From Candidatus Wallbacteria bacterium (GTDB lineage: Bacteria > Muiribacteriota > UBA6191 > JACPRK01), in assembly GCA_016213845.1 (NCBI GenBank), contig JACQZN010000082.1, positions 32,431-96,430 of the forward strand: a stretch of 64,000 bases of DNA, read 5' to 3'. Shown here in pieces: positions 25,656-35,300 of this stretch (position 1 is its first letter; the number at the start of each line of letters is the position of its first letter). The notes under the pieces are model-generated. The model saw nothing but the letters and a program-made list of their open reading frames with translations. It did not search any database and was not told where the DNA came from. The translations under genes were made by a program, and so were the position numbers.

Positions 25656-27577
25656 TGCGCGCCCGGACGCGCCGCCGCGCCCTGGCCCTGGGCGCTGCGC
25701 TCTGGCTGGCCTGGGGACCGGCGGCAGTGGCCTCGGAGTCGTCTCGCCGCTACGCCGTCCAGCAGAGCCTGGCCGCCGGTCGCTTCGCCTCGGCAGCCAC
25801 GGCAGTCTTGGACGAGGGCGCCGCGCCGCTGCCCTGGCTCAGACGCCAGCTCTTCGACATCGCCAGCGCGCGCGCTCCCGCCGATCCGCTCGTCCTCAGG
25901 CTGCGCGAGCCCGGTGCCCTGGGCAGGCCCGTGGCCACGCTGCTGCCCCAGCCCGACCGCTCCACGCCCTCCGTCGTGGAGATGGCCGGTGCCTGGGCCC
26001 TGCAGCCCGACTCGCCCCAGGCGCGCGAGCGGCTTGCGTGGTGGCTGGAACTGGCCGACAACCATCAGTTCGAGCTGGCAGTGGAGCTGCCGCTGGCGTC
26101 GGCGCGCAAGCCGACGCTGCAAGAGACCCGAGCGATGCTTTGGCTCCTTTCCGCGCGCCTGGAGGCCCTCGAGCGCCGCGACTCCGCGGATTTCGAGCGC
26201 TGCCTGGCCCGCGCCGCCCGCGAAGGCGCGCCGCTGCCGGCCGCCTGGTTCGAACTGGCAGGCGCTGGCCCTGCCTTCACGACGCATCTGGAGCGCGCCA
26301 GGGAGGCCTTGCGCGCCGGGGACCGAGGGCCGGCACGGTCTCTCTTCCGCGAAGCTTGCGAGGCCAGCTGCCGCGCCCGCGACAGCGCCCGGCCCGTCAC
26401 CGCGCTGGTCCGCGAGGCCCGGGCCGAGTTCCCCGGCGACGAATGGTTCGTCGCCTTCGAGGCCGCGCTCTACTGGCGGGCCGGCCGCGCCATGCCCCAG
26501 CGCGCCCGGTGGTGGACACTCGCCGCCGCGGCGGCTTTGGCCCGGGGCGAGGGCACCGAAGCGGCCAGACGATTGCGCGCCGGGCGGGGACTGCTCGAGG
26601 CGCTGGCCCCGGGCCGCGAGGACTGGACCCCCTGGATCTGGGCCGCCGAGCGGCTTATCCAGGGGCCGGCGCCGCTGCCCGCCAAGACACAGTCCCTTCT
26701 CGAGCTGCCTCCGGGCCGGTCTCTGGCCTACATCCTCCCTGACGAGGCCTTCAACTACGCGATGGCCCAGCGTTGGCTGGAAAGGGCCCGCGAGCTGGGC
26801 GACCCCAGGCTGGTCCTGCGCATGCAGATCGACCCCGATCGCCCCGGCGAGGGCCCCCTGGTTTTCGCCGAGGAGCTCGTCCGGCGCGGCAAGTTTCTCG
26901 ACGCCGCCGAGACGCTCGCCTCGGTGCCTTACCTCTTCAGCGAGGCCGCGGGCGCGGAGGTCCGAGAGCGTGCCGAGGCGTGCGAATCGGCCGCGCAGAA
27001 GGGCATCCCGACTCTCCTCGGGCCCGGCCGGGAGGAGCTTGCCCGGCTGTATGTAGCGATGCTGCTAGCGACGCGCCGCTGGCAGGAAGCGCACGCTGCG
27101 CTCGCCGCACTGGTCGCGCAGTTGCCGCAGGACGCGACCGCCGCCGGGGGCAGTCGTCCGGCGCCGGAAGGGGACCAGGCTTCCGCCGAGAATCCGCCCG
27201 ACGGTCTCGAAGCGGACTCACGAGATCCGGTGCCGGGCGCGCTGCGACTGCTGGCCCGGAGCCGTTACACGCAGCTGCTCGCCCGGCTCGACGCCCTCTC
27301 GAACCGGCCGGCCGCCGCAACAGGCGGGACGGGTGCCACCGGAGGCCCGGACCTGCCTGCGTCCCCGCTTCTCGGCCTCAAGCGGGCTCCCGGTGAGGCA
27401 AAGACGACGCCGGATTCGCCCTACGGAGGCGCCATGGGGCCGGCCGAGCGGCGGTCCTTCCGGCTCGGCATCGTCGCCGTGCTGCTGGCGGCCTGGACGC
27501 GCCTGCACCTGTACCTGTTGGCCATTTTCCTCCCCGGGGGCGCTTTCTTCCGCTGGTTGCGCGCGCGACGGCCGTGA
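25655..27577 (+). CDS. Exported alpha-helical (TPR-like) hypothetical protein with C-terminal TM and basic tail
   Basis: TGATG coupling; signal peptide MRARTRRRALALGAALWLAWGPAAVA; ends LGIVAVLLAAWTRLHLYLLAIFLPGGAFFRWLRARRP. Confidence 0.65.
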   Translation: MRARTRRRALALGAALWLAWGPAAVASESSRRYAVQQSLAAGRFASAATAVLDEGAAPLPWLRRQLFDIASARAPADPLVLRLREPGALGRPVATLLPQPDRSTPSVVEMAGAWALQPDSPQARERLAWWLELADNHQFELAVELPLASARKPTLQETRAMLWLLSARLEALERRDSADFERCLARAAREGAPLPAAWFELAGAGPAFTTHLERAREALRAGDRGPARSLFREACEASCRARDSARPVTALVREARAEFPGDEWFVAFEAALYWRAGRAMPQRARWWTLAAAAALARGEGTEAARRLRAGRGLLEALAPGREDWTPWIWAAERLIQGPAPLPAKTQSLLELPPGRSLAYILPDEAFNYAMAQRWLERARELGDPRLVLRMQIDPDRPGEGPLVFAEELVRRGKFLDAAETLASVPYLFSEAAGAEVRERAEACESAAQKGIPTLLGPGREELARLYVAMLLATRRWQEAHAALAALVAQLPQDATAAGGSRPAPEGDQASAENPPDGLEADSRDPVPGALRLLARSRYTQLLARLDALSNRPAAATGGTGATGGPDLPASPLLGLKRAPGEAKTTPDSPYGGAMGPAERRSFRLGIVAVLLAAWTRLHLYLLAIFLPGGAFFRWLRARRP

Positions 27578-27618
27578 GCAATTGCGGGCGCGCGGCCCGG
27601 CTGCTACGATCCCGAGCC

Positions 27619-29301
27619 ATGGCTCGACTGATCGTGAGACGGGGGCCGCGTGCTGGTTACTCCTATCCGGTCGACGACAAGACCGTGACCATCGGCCGGG
27701 ACCCGGCGCGGACAGTGCCGATCCTCGACGGGAAGGTCTCGAGGCTCCACGCCGAGATCGTGCCGACCGCCCATGGCTGGATGGTCCGTGACCTGGGCGC
27801 GACGAACAAGACTTACGTCAACGGCCGGGCCGTGACGGAGGCGCTGCTGGCGTTCGGCGACGCGATCTCGATTGGCGAAACCGAGTTCGTCTTCGAGGCC
27901 GACGAGATGGACCTGCCCGGCCCGCCCGATCTGACGGTCGTGGTCACGGCGGAGTCCGTTCCGGCCGGGGGCGTCACTCTGCCGATGCCTCAGCCCGGAT
28001 TCGAGGACTTTCTGCCGTCTGCGCCCGCCGCCGAGTCCGACGAGCTGGCCCGCCGTCAGGCGCGCCGGCTGAAGGTGCTCTGGCGCGTCTCGCGCACGGC
28101 TTTCGTGAAGAGCGATCTGGCGACCTTCCTGGAAGAGATCCTGACGCTCGTGCTGGGCGAGCTCGAGGCCGACACGGCGGTTTTCCTCCTCGCCTCCGAG
28201 GGCGCCAAGCTCACTCCCATCGTGACTCACCGCGCCCGGGGCGCCAGCGCCGAGCCTGCGATCGTCCTGACCTCCACCGTGGTCAATCGGGTCTTCGCAT
28301 CCGGGGACGCGCTGCTGGTCGCCGACGCCGCCAAGGACCTGTCGGGCGCCGCGAGCGTGCGGGCGCAGCGCATCAGCTCCGTCATCTGCGTGCCGCTCAA
28401 GAGTCCTGAAAAGACCTACGGAGTCTTTTACATGGATCGGCGCTCCGGCGGGGCCTGGTTCGATCACGAGGACCTGAGCTTCCTGGCCACCGTCTGCGCG
28501 CACGTGGCCGTCAACATCGAGAACCTGGCGCTCTACCAGAAGCAGCGGGAGGCCTACGAACGGCTCAAGCTGGCCCAGGAGCAGCTCCTGGCATCCGAGA
28601 AGATGAGCGTGCTCGGACGGCTCGCCGGTTCCGTTGCACACGAGCTCAACAATCCGCTGCAGTGCATCCTGATGTGCTCCGAGCTATTGAAGGACGAGCT
28701 GCGCCTGCGAGGCACCGTCGTCAATCCGGCGACGGCGCTCGACCAGCTCGAGATGGTCCACCACTCCGTGGCGCGCTGCTCCAGGCTGGTCCAGAACCTG
28801 CTCCACTACTCGCACAAGGGTGACACCGCCGGGCTCGTGTCGCTCCCGCTGGCCCGGCCAGTCTCCGAGGCCGTCAAGTTGATGACCTATCTGGTCCGCA
28901 AGCGAGGCATCGAGATCGCTACCGACCTGCCGCCGGACTTGCCGTCCATCCTCGGCAACGGCTCCGAGCTGGAGCAGCTGTTCATCAACCTCATCAAGAA
29001 CTCGGCCGACGCCATCCCGGGCAAGGGCAACATAGCAGTCTCGGCCTCGCTCGAGCCGGACTGCATCGAAGTGCGCGTGACGGACAGTGGCGGGGGAATC
29101 CCGCCGGAGACGTTGCCGCACATCTTCGAGGAGCTGTTCACGACGAAGCCGATCGGCGAGGGAACGGGATTGGGCTTGCCGCTCTGCAAGCGAATCGTCG
29201 AGAACCACGGGGGCACCATCGAGGTCGAGAGCCGGGTCGGCGCCGGCACGACGGTGACGGTCCGGTTCCCGTTGACCGGCAGCGCGTCGGCCGTTGCCTG
29301 A
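27619..29301 (+). CDS. FHA-GAF-histidine kinase
   Basis: FHA (IGRD, VSRLHA, DLGATNKTYVNG), GAF (SVICVPL), HELNNPL, QLFINLIKNS, DSGGGI, FTTK and GTGLGL. Confidence 0.92.
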   Translation: MARLIVRRGPRAGYSYPVDDKTVTIGRDPARTVPILDGKVSRLHAEIVPTAHGWMVRDLGATNKTYVNGRAVTEALLAFGDAISIGETEFVFEADEMDLPGPPDLTVVVTAESVPAGGVTLPMPQPGFEDFLPSAPAAESDELARRQARRLKVLWRVSRTAFVKSDLATFLEEILTLVLGELEADTAVFLLASEGAKLTPIVTHRARGASAEPAIVLTSTVVNRVFASGDALLVADAAKDLSGAASVRAQRISSVICVPLKSPEKTYGVFYMDRRSGGAWFDHEDLSFLATVCAHVAVNIENLALYQKQREAYERLKLAQEQLLASEKMSVLGRLAGSVAHELNNPLQCILMCSELLKDELRLRGTVVNPATALDQLEMVHHSVARCSRLVQNLLHYSHKGDTAGLVSLPLARPVSEAVKLMTYLVRKRGIEIATDLPPDLPSILGNGSELEQLFINLIKNSADAIPGKGNIAVSASLEPDCIEVRVTDSGGGIPPETLPHIFEELFTTKPIGEGTGLGLPLCKRIVENHGGTIEVESRVGAGTTVTVRFPLTGSASAVA

Positions 29302-29314
29302 GGAAGGAGTGGGC

Positions 29315-30202
29315 ATGAGGGACGGTCTACTGTCACGAGGCCGGCGACTGGCCGGGACACTGCTGGTGCTCTCGGTGCTCGGCACCTGCCGGGCCGATGC
29401 GGCAAGCTGGATCTCCAACCCCCGACCGCGGGCGTCGCAGCAGCGCGTGGCGCCCTGGGTCATCGCTCATCGCGGCGCCAGCGCGGACTTCCCCGAGAGC
29501 ACGATGCTGGCCTTCCGCGAAGCGATTCGCGCCGGGGCCGATGCCATCGAGCTCGACTGCCAGACCACCTCCGACGGCAAGCTCGTCGTCCTGCACGACG
29601 ACCTTCTGGATCGCACAACCGACGGCCGCGGGCCCGTGTCGGCCCTGAGCTGGGCCCAGGTGGAGCGGCTCGACGCCGGCCGCTGGAAGCACGCCCGGTT
29701 CGCGGGCGAGCGCGTGCCGACCCTGGAGCAAGTCGTCAGGTTGGCGATGACCGAGAACGTCGGGCTCGTCATAGAGGCGAAGACTCCCTACATCCTCGAC
29801 CCCGGGCTCGCCGGACGCATCCTGGAGCTGCTGGACCACGAGGGGGCCACTTCCCGCACGATCCTGCAGTCGTTCGACCATCGGCCGCTGACCGAGATTC
29901 ACGCGCGGCGGCCGGAGGTGAAGCTGGGCCCCCTGGTCGACGCCGGGATCGACGACGTCCGGGCGATGCTGGCGGCCGCCGGCACCTGGGCCTACCTGCC
30001 GCACTATGGCTTCATGCTCCCCGACCGTGTGCGCGCCGCGCATCGGCTCGGCTATCACATCGCGGTCTGGACCGTCGACCGCCCCGAGCACATGCTGGCG
30101 ATGACCGCCGCTGGCGTCGACGGCATCATGACGAACCGGGCCGGCACCTTGCGCCGCTTGCTCGACGGCCTTCGACTGCCGCGCCGGCCGTGGCCGCGCT
30201 GA
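29315..30202 (+). CDS. Glycerophosphodiester phosphodiesterase-family protein (exported)
   Basis: IAHRGAS, ELD, VVLHD..LDRTT, VPTLE, QSFD, WTVD and GVDGIMTN; AGGAAGGAG SD. Confidence 0.93.
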   Translation: MRDGLLSRGRRLAGTLLVLSVLGTCRADAASWISNPRPRASQQRVAPWVIAHRGASADFPESTMLAFREAIRAGADAIELDCQTTSDGKLVVLHDDLLDRTTDGRGPVSALSWAQVERLDAGRWKHARFAGERVPTLEQVVRLAMTENVGLVIEAKTPYILDPGLAGRILELLDHEGATSRTILQSFDHRPLTEIHARRPEVKLGPLVDAGIDDVRAMLAAAGTWAYLPHYGFMLPDRVRAAHRLGYHIAVWTVDRPEHMLAMTAAGVDGIMTNRAGTLRRLLDGLRLPRRPWPR

Positions 30203-30446
30203 CGCACGGTCCCGGCAAGGTCTCGAGCCCGGAGGCGGAAGACGGGGACCGGCTCCGGAAGCCCGCCTGCAACCTGGCAGTCGTCCGGCCGGGCTCCCGG
30301 TGCCTGTCCCGTCTTTCGACGACGTTGCCGTTGTTTTGCGCGCTGACGGGTCTCCGGTTGCGGCAAAGGCCATGGTTCTGACACGATGAGGGACGCTGCC
30401 CGGCGGACCGACGAGCCGGCGGGAAGAAAGCGAGGAGCGTGCGAGT

Positions 30447-30659
30447 ATGGCCAACCTTCCTATCAGCAACGTCCGGCGGCTGCTTGCGACGAAAGCCGGC
30501 GACATCCGGATCTCGGCCGAGACCGTGACCCTGGGCGTCGAAGCCGCCGAGGAATACCTGGCGCGCCTGGGCGAACGGGCCGCCAGCATCGCGCGCGGTC
30601 ACATGCGCAAGACGATCATGCCCGAGGATCTCGAGGCTGCGAAGAAGATGCTCATCTAG
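30447..30659 (+). CDS. Histone-fold protein resembling archaeal HMf-type histones
   Basis: LP..xRR, L1 AG..RIS, full-length alpha2 with EE, L2/alpha3 RKTIxxED; GAGGAG SD; host-like GC3; downstream hairpin. Confidence 0.88.
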   Translation: MANLPISNVRRLLATKAGDIRISAETVTLGVEAAEEYLARLGERAASIARGHMRKTIMPEDLEAAKKMLI

Positions 30660-30669
30660 TCCGGGGCGA

Positions 30670-30688
30670 GGCGGGTACGCGACCCGCC
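30670..30688. terminator. Hairpin between the convergent histone and amidohydrolase genes
   Basis: GGCGGGT-ACGCG-ACCCGCC; no clear U-tract. Confidence 0.45.
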
Positions 30689-30695
30689 GGAAGAG

Positions 30696-31568
30696 CTAGC
30701 GCCTGTCGCCGAAGAGCTCGACGGCATTTCTCCAGAAGAGCGCGTCCTCCACGTCTCGGCCGAGCTCCAGGTCCAGGATGCAGCGGCGCTCGCGGTCGTA
30801 GTCGTAGGGGAGAATCGGGAAGTCGGTCCCGTACATGATGCGGCGGTGATGGCGCAGGACCCAGTCGCGGCCGGGCGCACCGGGGAAGTAGCGGGCCAGG
30901 ACCATGGCGGTGTCGAGGCGCAGAGCGGCGAAGCGCGCAAGCAGCGCGGCGGCCAGCTCGTACTCACCTGCACCCAGGTGGGGCACGACGCAGGGCATCT
31001 CCGGGAAGCGCTCCAGCACGGGCACGAGGCGGGCGAGGCCGCTCACCTCGTGGCAGGGACGTGGGTAGGCCGGGGAGGCCGGCTCCGTGCCGGCGTGCAC
31101 GACCAGCGGCAGCCGGCGGCTGGCCAGCAGCTCGTAGGCGGGAAAGAGGCGCGGGTCGTCGGGCGGGAAGCCCATCACGTGCGTGTGGAGTTTGAGGCCG
31201 CGCAGACCGAGCTCGTCCAGGGCGCGGCGCGCGACGGCCCGGACGTCGTCGGCCGGGTGAACGGTGCCGAGCGCCACGGCCTCGGGGTGCGTGCGCGCGT
31301 AGGCCGCCATCCAGTCGTTGAGCGAGTCTGCGAGGCCGGCCTTGTGCGCGTAGACCATCGCCACGTGGCGCGACACACCCCGGGCGGCCAGGAACGCGGC
31401 GACCTCTTCTCCCGGCATCCCCTGTTCGATGGCCCAGGCGTGCGTCCCGAACCAGCTCTCGATGGCGCGGTAAAGCCGGGGAGGCCACGGGTGAACGTGG
31501 ACGTCGAACGTCGGGCGCGGCGGCACGGGGGCCGAGAGCTCGACCGGCTCGATGGCGGTGGGGCACAT
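30696..31568 (-). CDS. Amidohydrolase-family protein (Amidohydro_2)
   Basis: DVHVH, GLKLH, VHAG, VPHLG and MYGTDFP; start taken as MCPTA at 31568. Confidence 0.88.
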   Translation of the reverse strand: MCPTAIEPVELSAPVPPRPTFDVHVHPWPPRLYRAIESWFGTHAWAIEQGMPGEEVAAFLAARGVSRHVAMVYAHKAGLADSLNDWMAAYARTHPEAVALGTVHPADDVRAVARRALDELGLRGLKLHTHVMGFPPDDPRLFPAYELLASRRLPLVVHAGTEPASPAYPRPCHEVSGLARLVPVLERFPEMPCVVPHLGAGEYELAAALLARFAALRLDTAMVLARYFPGAPGRDWVLRHHRRIMYGTDFPILPYDYDRERRCILDLELGRDVEDALFWRNAVELFGDRR

Positions 31569-31631
31569 GGCACCATTTTGGCCTCCCGATCCCGTATGAT
31601 CCAGCCGCAAGACCTGCGAAGGAGTGGAGAG

Positions 31632-32306
31632 ATGGGTGAGCTGATCCGGTTCTCGCGCCCCGATGGCCAGGAGTGCCCGGGGTATCTGGCCACGCCGGCG
31701 GCCGGCGGCGACGCGCCCGGCATCGTCGTGATCCAGGAGTGGTGGGGCCTCAACGACCAGATCCGGGGCGTTGCGGACCGGTTTGCCGCCGCGGGCTATC
31801 GGGCGCTGGTGCCGGATCTCTATCGCGGCCGGGTCGCCGCCACTCCCGACGAGGCCAACCACATGATGAGCGGGCTCGACTGGGGCGCCGCGACGGTGCA
31901 GGACGTCCAGGGCGCCGTGCACCATCTGGGGCGCGGCGGCCGGCGCGTCGCGGTCCTGGGCTTCTGCATGGGCGGGGCGTTGACGCTGCTGGCCGCGGCG
32001 AAGGTCTCGGGGGTCACCGCGGGCGTCTGCTTTTACGGCATCCCGCCCGAGAGCGCCTGCGACTTTGCCTCCATCCGGGTGCCGCTCCTGTTGCACTTCG
32101 CCGAGCACGACGACTGGTGCAACGCCGCGGCCGTGGACCAGCTGGCCGCCCGTCTGACCGCTGGGCGAGTGCCGCACGACCTTCACCGCTACGACGCCCA
32201 GCACGCCTTTTTCAACGAGCAGCGCCCCGAAGTCTACGACGCCGCCACTTCGAAGCTGGCCTGGGACCGCTCGTTGCAGTTCCTCGCAAGAGAGCTGGGT
32301 GCGTGA
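31632..32306 (+). CDS. Dienelactone hydrolase-family protein
   Basis: IQEWWGLN, LVPDLYRG, GFCMGG and HAFFN; GGAG SD before ATG 31632. Confidence 0.93.
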   Translation: MGELIRFSRPDGQECPGYLATPAAGGDAPGIVVIQEWWGLNDQIRGVADRFAAAGYRALVPDLYRGRVAATPDEANHMMSGLDWGAATVQDVQGAVHHLGRGGRRVAVLGFCMGGALTLLAAAKVSGVTAGVCFYGIPPESACDFASIRVPLLLHFAEHDDWCNAAAVDQLAARLTAGRVPHDLHRYDAQHAFFNEQRPEVYDAATSKLAWDRSLQFLARELGA

Positions 32307-35300
32307 GCCGCTGCCGGCGGTACCCACCGCCGGCCCGCGGAGAGGAGCCGTGAGAACCATGAGGCCACCGGCGATCGGACCGGACCGCGTACGGCCCATC
32401 GAGCGGCCCTGGGGAGCCTTCGACCTGTCCCGCGCTGGCGTCGTTGCCCGCTGGCTTTGCCTGGCCGGCTTCCTGGCGATAGCCTCGAGCGCCTCCGGTC
32501 AGCCCAACCCGCAGGTCGTCGCCATCTCCGCGCCGGCGCTCGCGGCGAGCTCGGACTCGGCGCCGGTGACCGTGACGGTGAGAAACGCCGGCTCCTCGGC
32601 CACGGAGGCCCCCGTTCGCGTCGGGCTCCTGGCCGTGAGCGCCGGGACCAGCGGAGTCGCTTCCTCTGCTGAGTTCGATGACTCCATCGAGGCGAGCGAG
32701 CCGCTGGCGCCCGGCGAATCGCGCGACTTCGAGACCCGGGTGCGCGTCCTGCTACCGGCCGGCTCGGCCAGGCTCGCCGCCTTCGTCGATCCGCAGGGCG
32801 AGCTGGAAGAGTCTGACGAGACCGACAACGATTTCGTCGGCGACGCCGTCCTGCAGGTCGTCGACCCGACGGGCAACCTGGTCGTCGACGGCCTGGAGCT
32901 CCCGGGTTCGGCGTCGCTCGGCGAATCGGTGCCTTTGACCGTCACGGTCCGAAACGCGGGGACCGGTCCGCTCCGATTCTCCTCCGGGTTCGCCGTGGTG
33001 CTCTCGACGACCACCGCCCCCGGACCCGGGGCCATCGTCGTCAACTACGGCCGCGGTGTCGAAGCTCTCCCGGCCGGCGCCCGCGCGACGGACTCCCTGC
33101 GCTTCACGGTTCCGCTCGGCATCGAGCCGGGACGCTACTACGTGGTCCCGATTGCGGACTACAATCGAGAAGCCGGCGAGACCAGCGAGAGCGACAACGC
33201 CCTCCAGGCGCGTTCGATCGACCTCTCCACTCCGACGGTAGATCTGACCGTCGACGCTGTCGACGCACCCACTGCCATTCCCGTGGGCCGCCCTTTCCAG
33301 GCCACGGTGGACCTTTCCAACGGCGGGACCACGGCCGCTTCGATGCCGTTCGTGCTCTCGATCGTAGTGACGCGCGATCTGACCTCCACGGACACGGAGC
33401 CCTCCATCGGCTCTCGGACCATCGACGCGCTCGCCGCGGGCGGCTCGCTCTCCACGACCGTCGCCTGCCGCGTGCCCGCCACGATTGCCCCGGGCGACTA
33501 CGCGCTGTCGGCGCTGGTCGACGCCGACGCACTCTACGGCGAGCTCGACAAGGCGAACAACCGCCGCGCCTCTTCCGGCGGCCTGGCGGTGTCCACGGCG
33601 GACGTCGACCTGACCATCGAGGCAATCCGGGTCCCCACCGGCGGCGTCATCGGCGGGCCCGTCCGAGCCCGTTTCTCCGTCTCCAACCTGGGAACCGGCG
33701 CTGTGCCAGAGGCTTTTTACGTCGGCTTCTACCTCTCGACGGACGGCGAGCGGAGCGACACGGACGCGTACCTTGGCGAGCGATACGTCGAGAGCCTGGA
33801 GGGCGGCCAGACCACGACCTTCACCGCCGAGAGCCGGCTCCCGCTGGCCCTGACCAGCGGCGCCTACTTCTACCTGGCGGTGGCGGACCGGGACCACGGC
33901 ATCGACGAGGAGAACGAGTCGAACAACCTCTCCGCCACTCCATTCAGTGCCCGCGCCTCGCGCATCGATCTGGTGCCGGTGGCCGTGACAGCGCCGGCCT
34001 CGGGCGCGCCCATGGAGTTCGTTCCGCTGTTCGTGAGCGTCGAGAACCGCGGCACGGACGATAGTCCGCCTTTCCTGGTCCTGTTCTCGGCCTCCCCGGG
34101 GCCCGTACTGACGGACACGGCGATCCTGATCGGCCAGTCCTACTTCACGCAGGGGGGGCTGGCGGCGGGGGAGCGCCGACTGGAGGGTCCGTTTTTCGCC
34201 GACGTCCCCGAGGGCACGCCGGAAGGCTCCTATACCCTGTTTGCCACCGTGGACCAGGATGATCGCGCTTCCGAGTCGAACGAGTCGAACAACAATCTGG
34301 CTGCCGTGGCGCCCTTCGCCATCACGACGGCAGCTTCGAGCGTCGATGACCACCCGGACGCCTACACCCTGACTCGCCCCTCCGAGGACCTGCTCCCGGG
34401 CGATGGACGGCCCGTGCTGGCACGGCACGAGCGCGTCCGCGACGTCGACTTCTTCCGCTTCCAGGCCGGCGCCGGCGACCAGATCGTCCTGGACGTCTTC
34501 GGCCAGCCCAGCTCCTTCGTCGACACCTTGGTGGAGCTTTTGGGTCCTGACGGAAAGCAGCTCGGTTCCAACGACAACTTCGGCGACATCAGCCGATCGC
34601 GCGTCGGTCCGATCGCCGCACCCTCCACCGGCACGTACTTCGTCGCGGTGCGGGAGACCCAGCCATTCGGTCAGGGACCGTACGTCCTGAGGGCCCGGCT
34701 CGAGCGCGGGCAGCCCGACCTGACGGTGGCGGTCTCGCCCCCCGCTCCGGCCAGTGTCCCGCAGGGCCTGCGGTTCCGCACGACGGTCACGGTCTCCAAC
34801 GTCGGACAGGCGATTGCGCTCGGTGGCGCCAAGGTGAAGCTTTTCCTTTCGGCCGATTCCGCCATCACGACAAGCGACATCGCAGTCGGCGAGGTCGAGG
34901 CGCCCGACCTTCCCGCGGGCGCTTCCGTGCGACGCGCCGCCGAGCTGTTGGCGGACGGCTTCGAGGCCGATCCGGGATCCTACTTCGTCGGCGCCATCGC
35001 CGACCCGGGCCGTGCCGTCCCACAGACCAATTTCGCCAACGACGTCGCCGTGGCGCCCACACGGCTCACCGTCACCCAGGCACCCGATGATCACCCGGGC
35101 CGCGCGGCCCTGACCAGGCCCCTCGAGGACGGCCTGACGCTCGACGGCGACTGGGTCTACGCCCGAGTGGAGCGACCCGGCGACGAGGACTTCTTCCGCT
35201 TCGACGTGCTGGCCGACCAGATCTACATGGTCGAGACCCTTCCCGGCACGCTGGCCACGCGCCACTTGACCGTCTTCCGCGACGGCGAAATCGACGTCGC

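Noticed and set aside
30358..30387. Promoter for the histone gene (TTGCGG-18-CACGAT)
   Set aside because: Plausible but too far from consensus to list as a supported feature.
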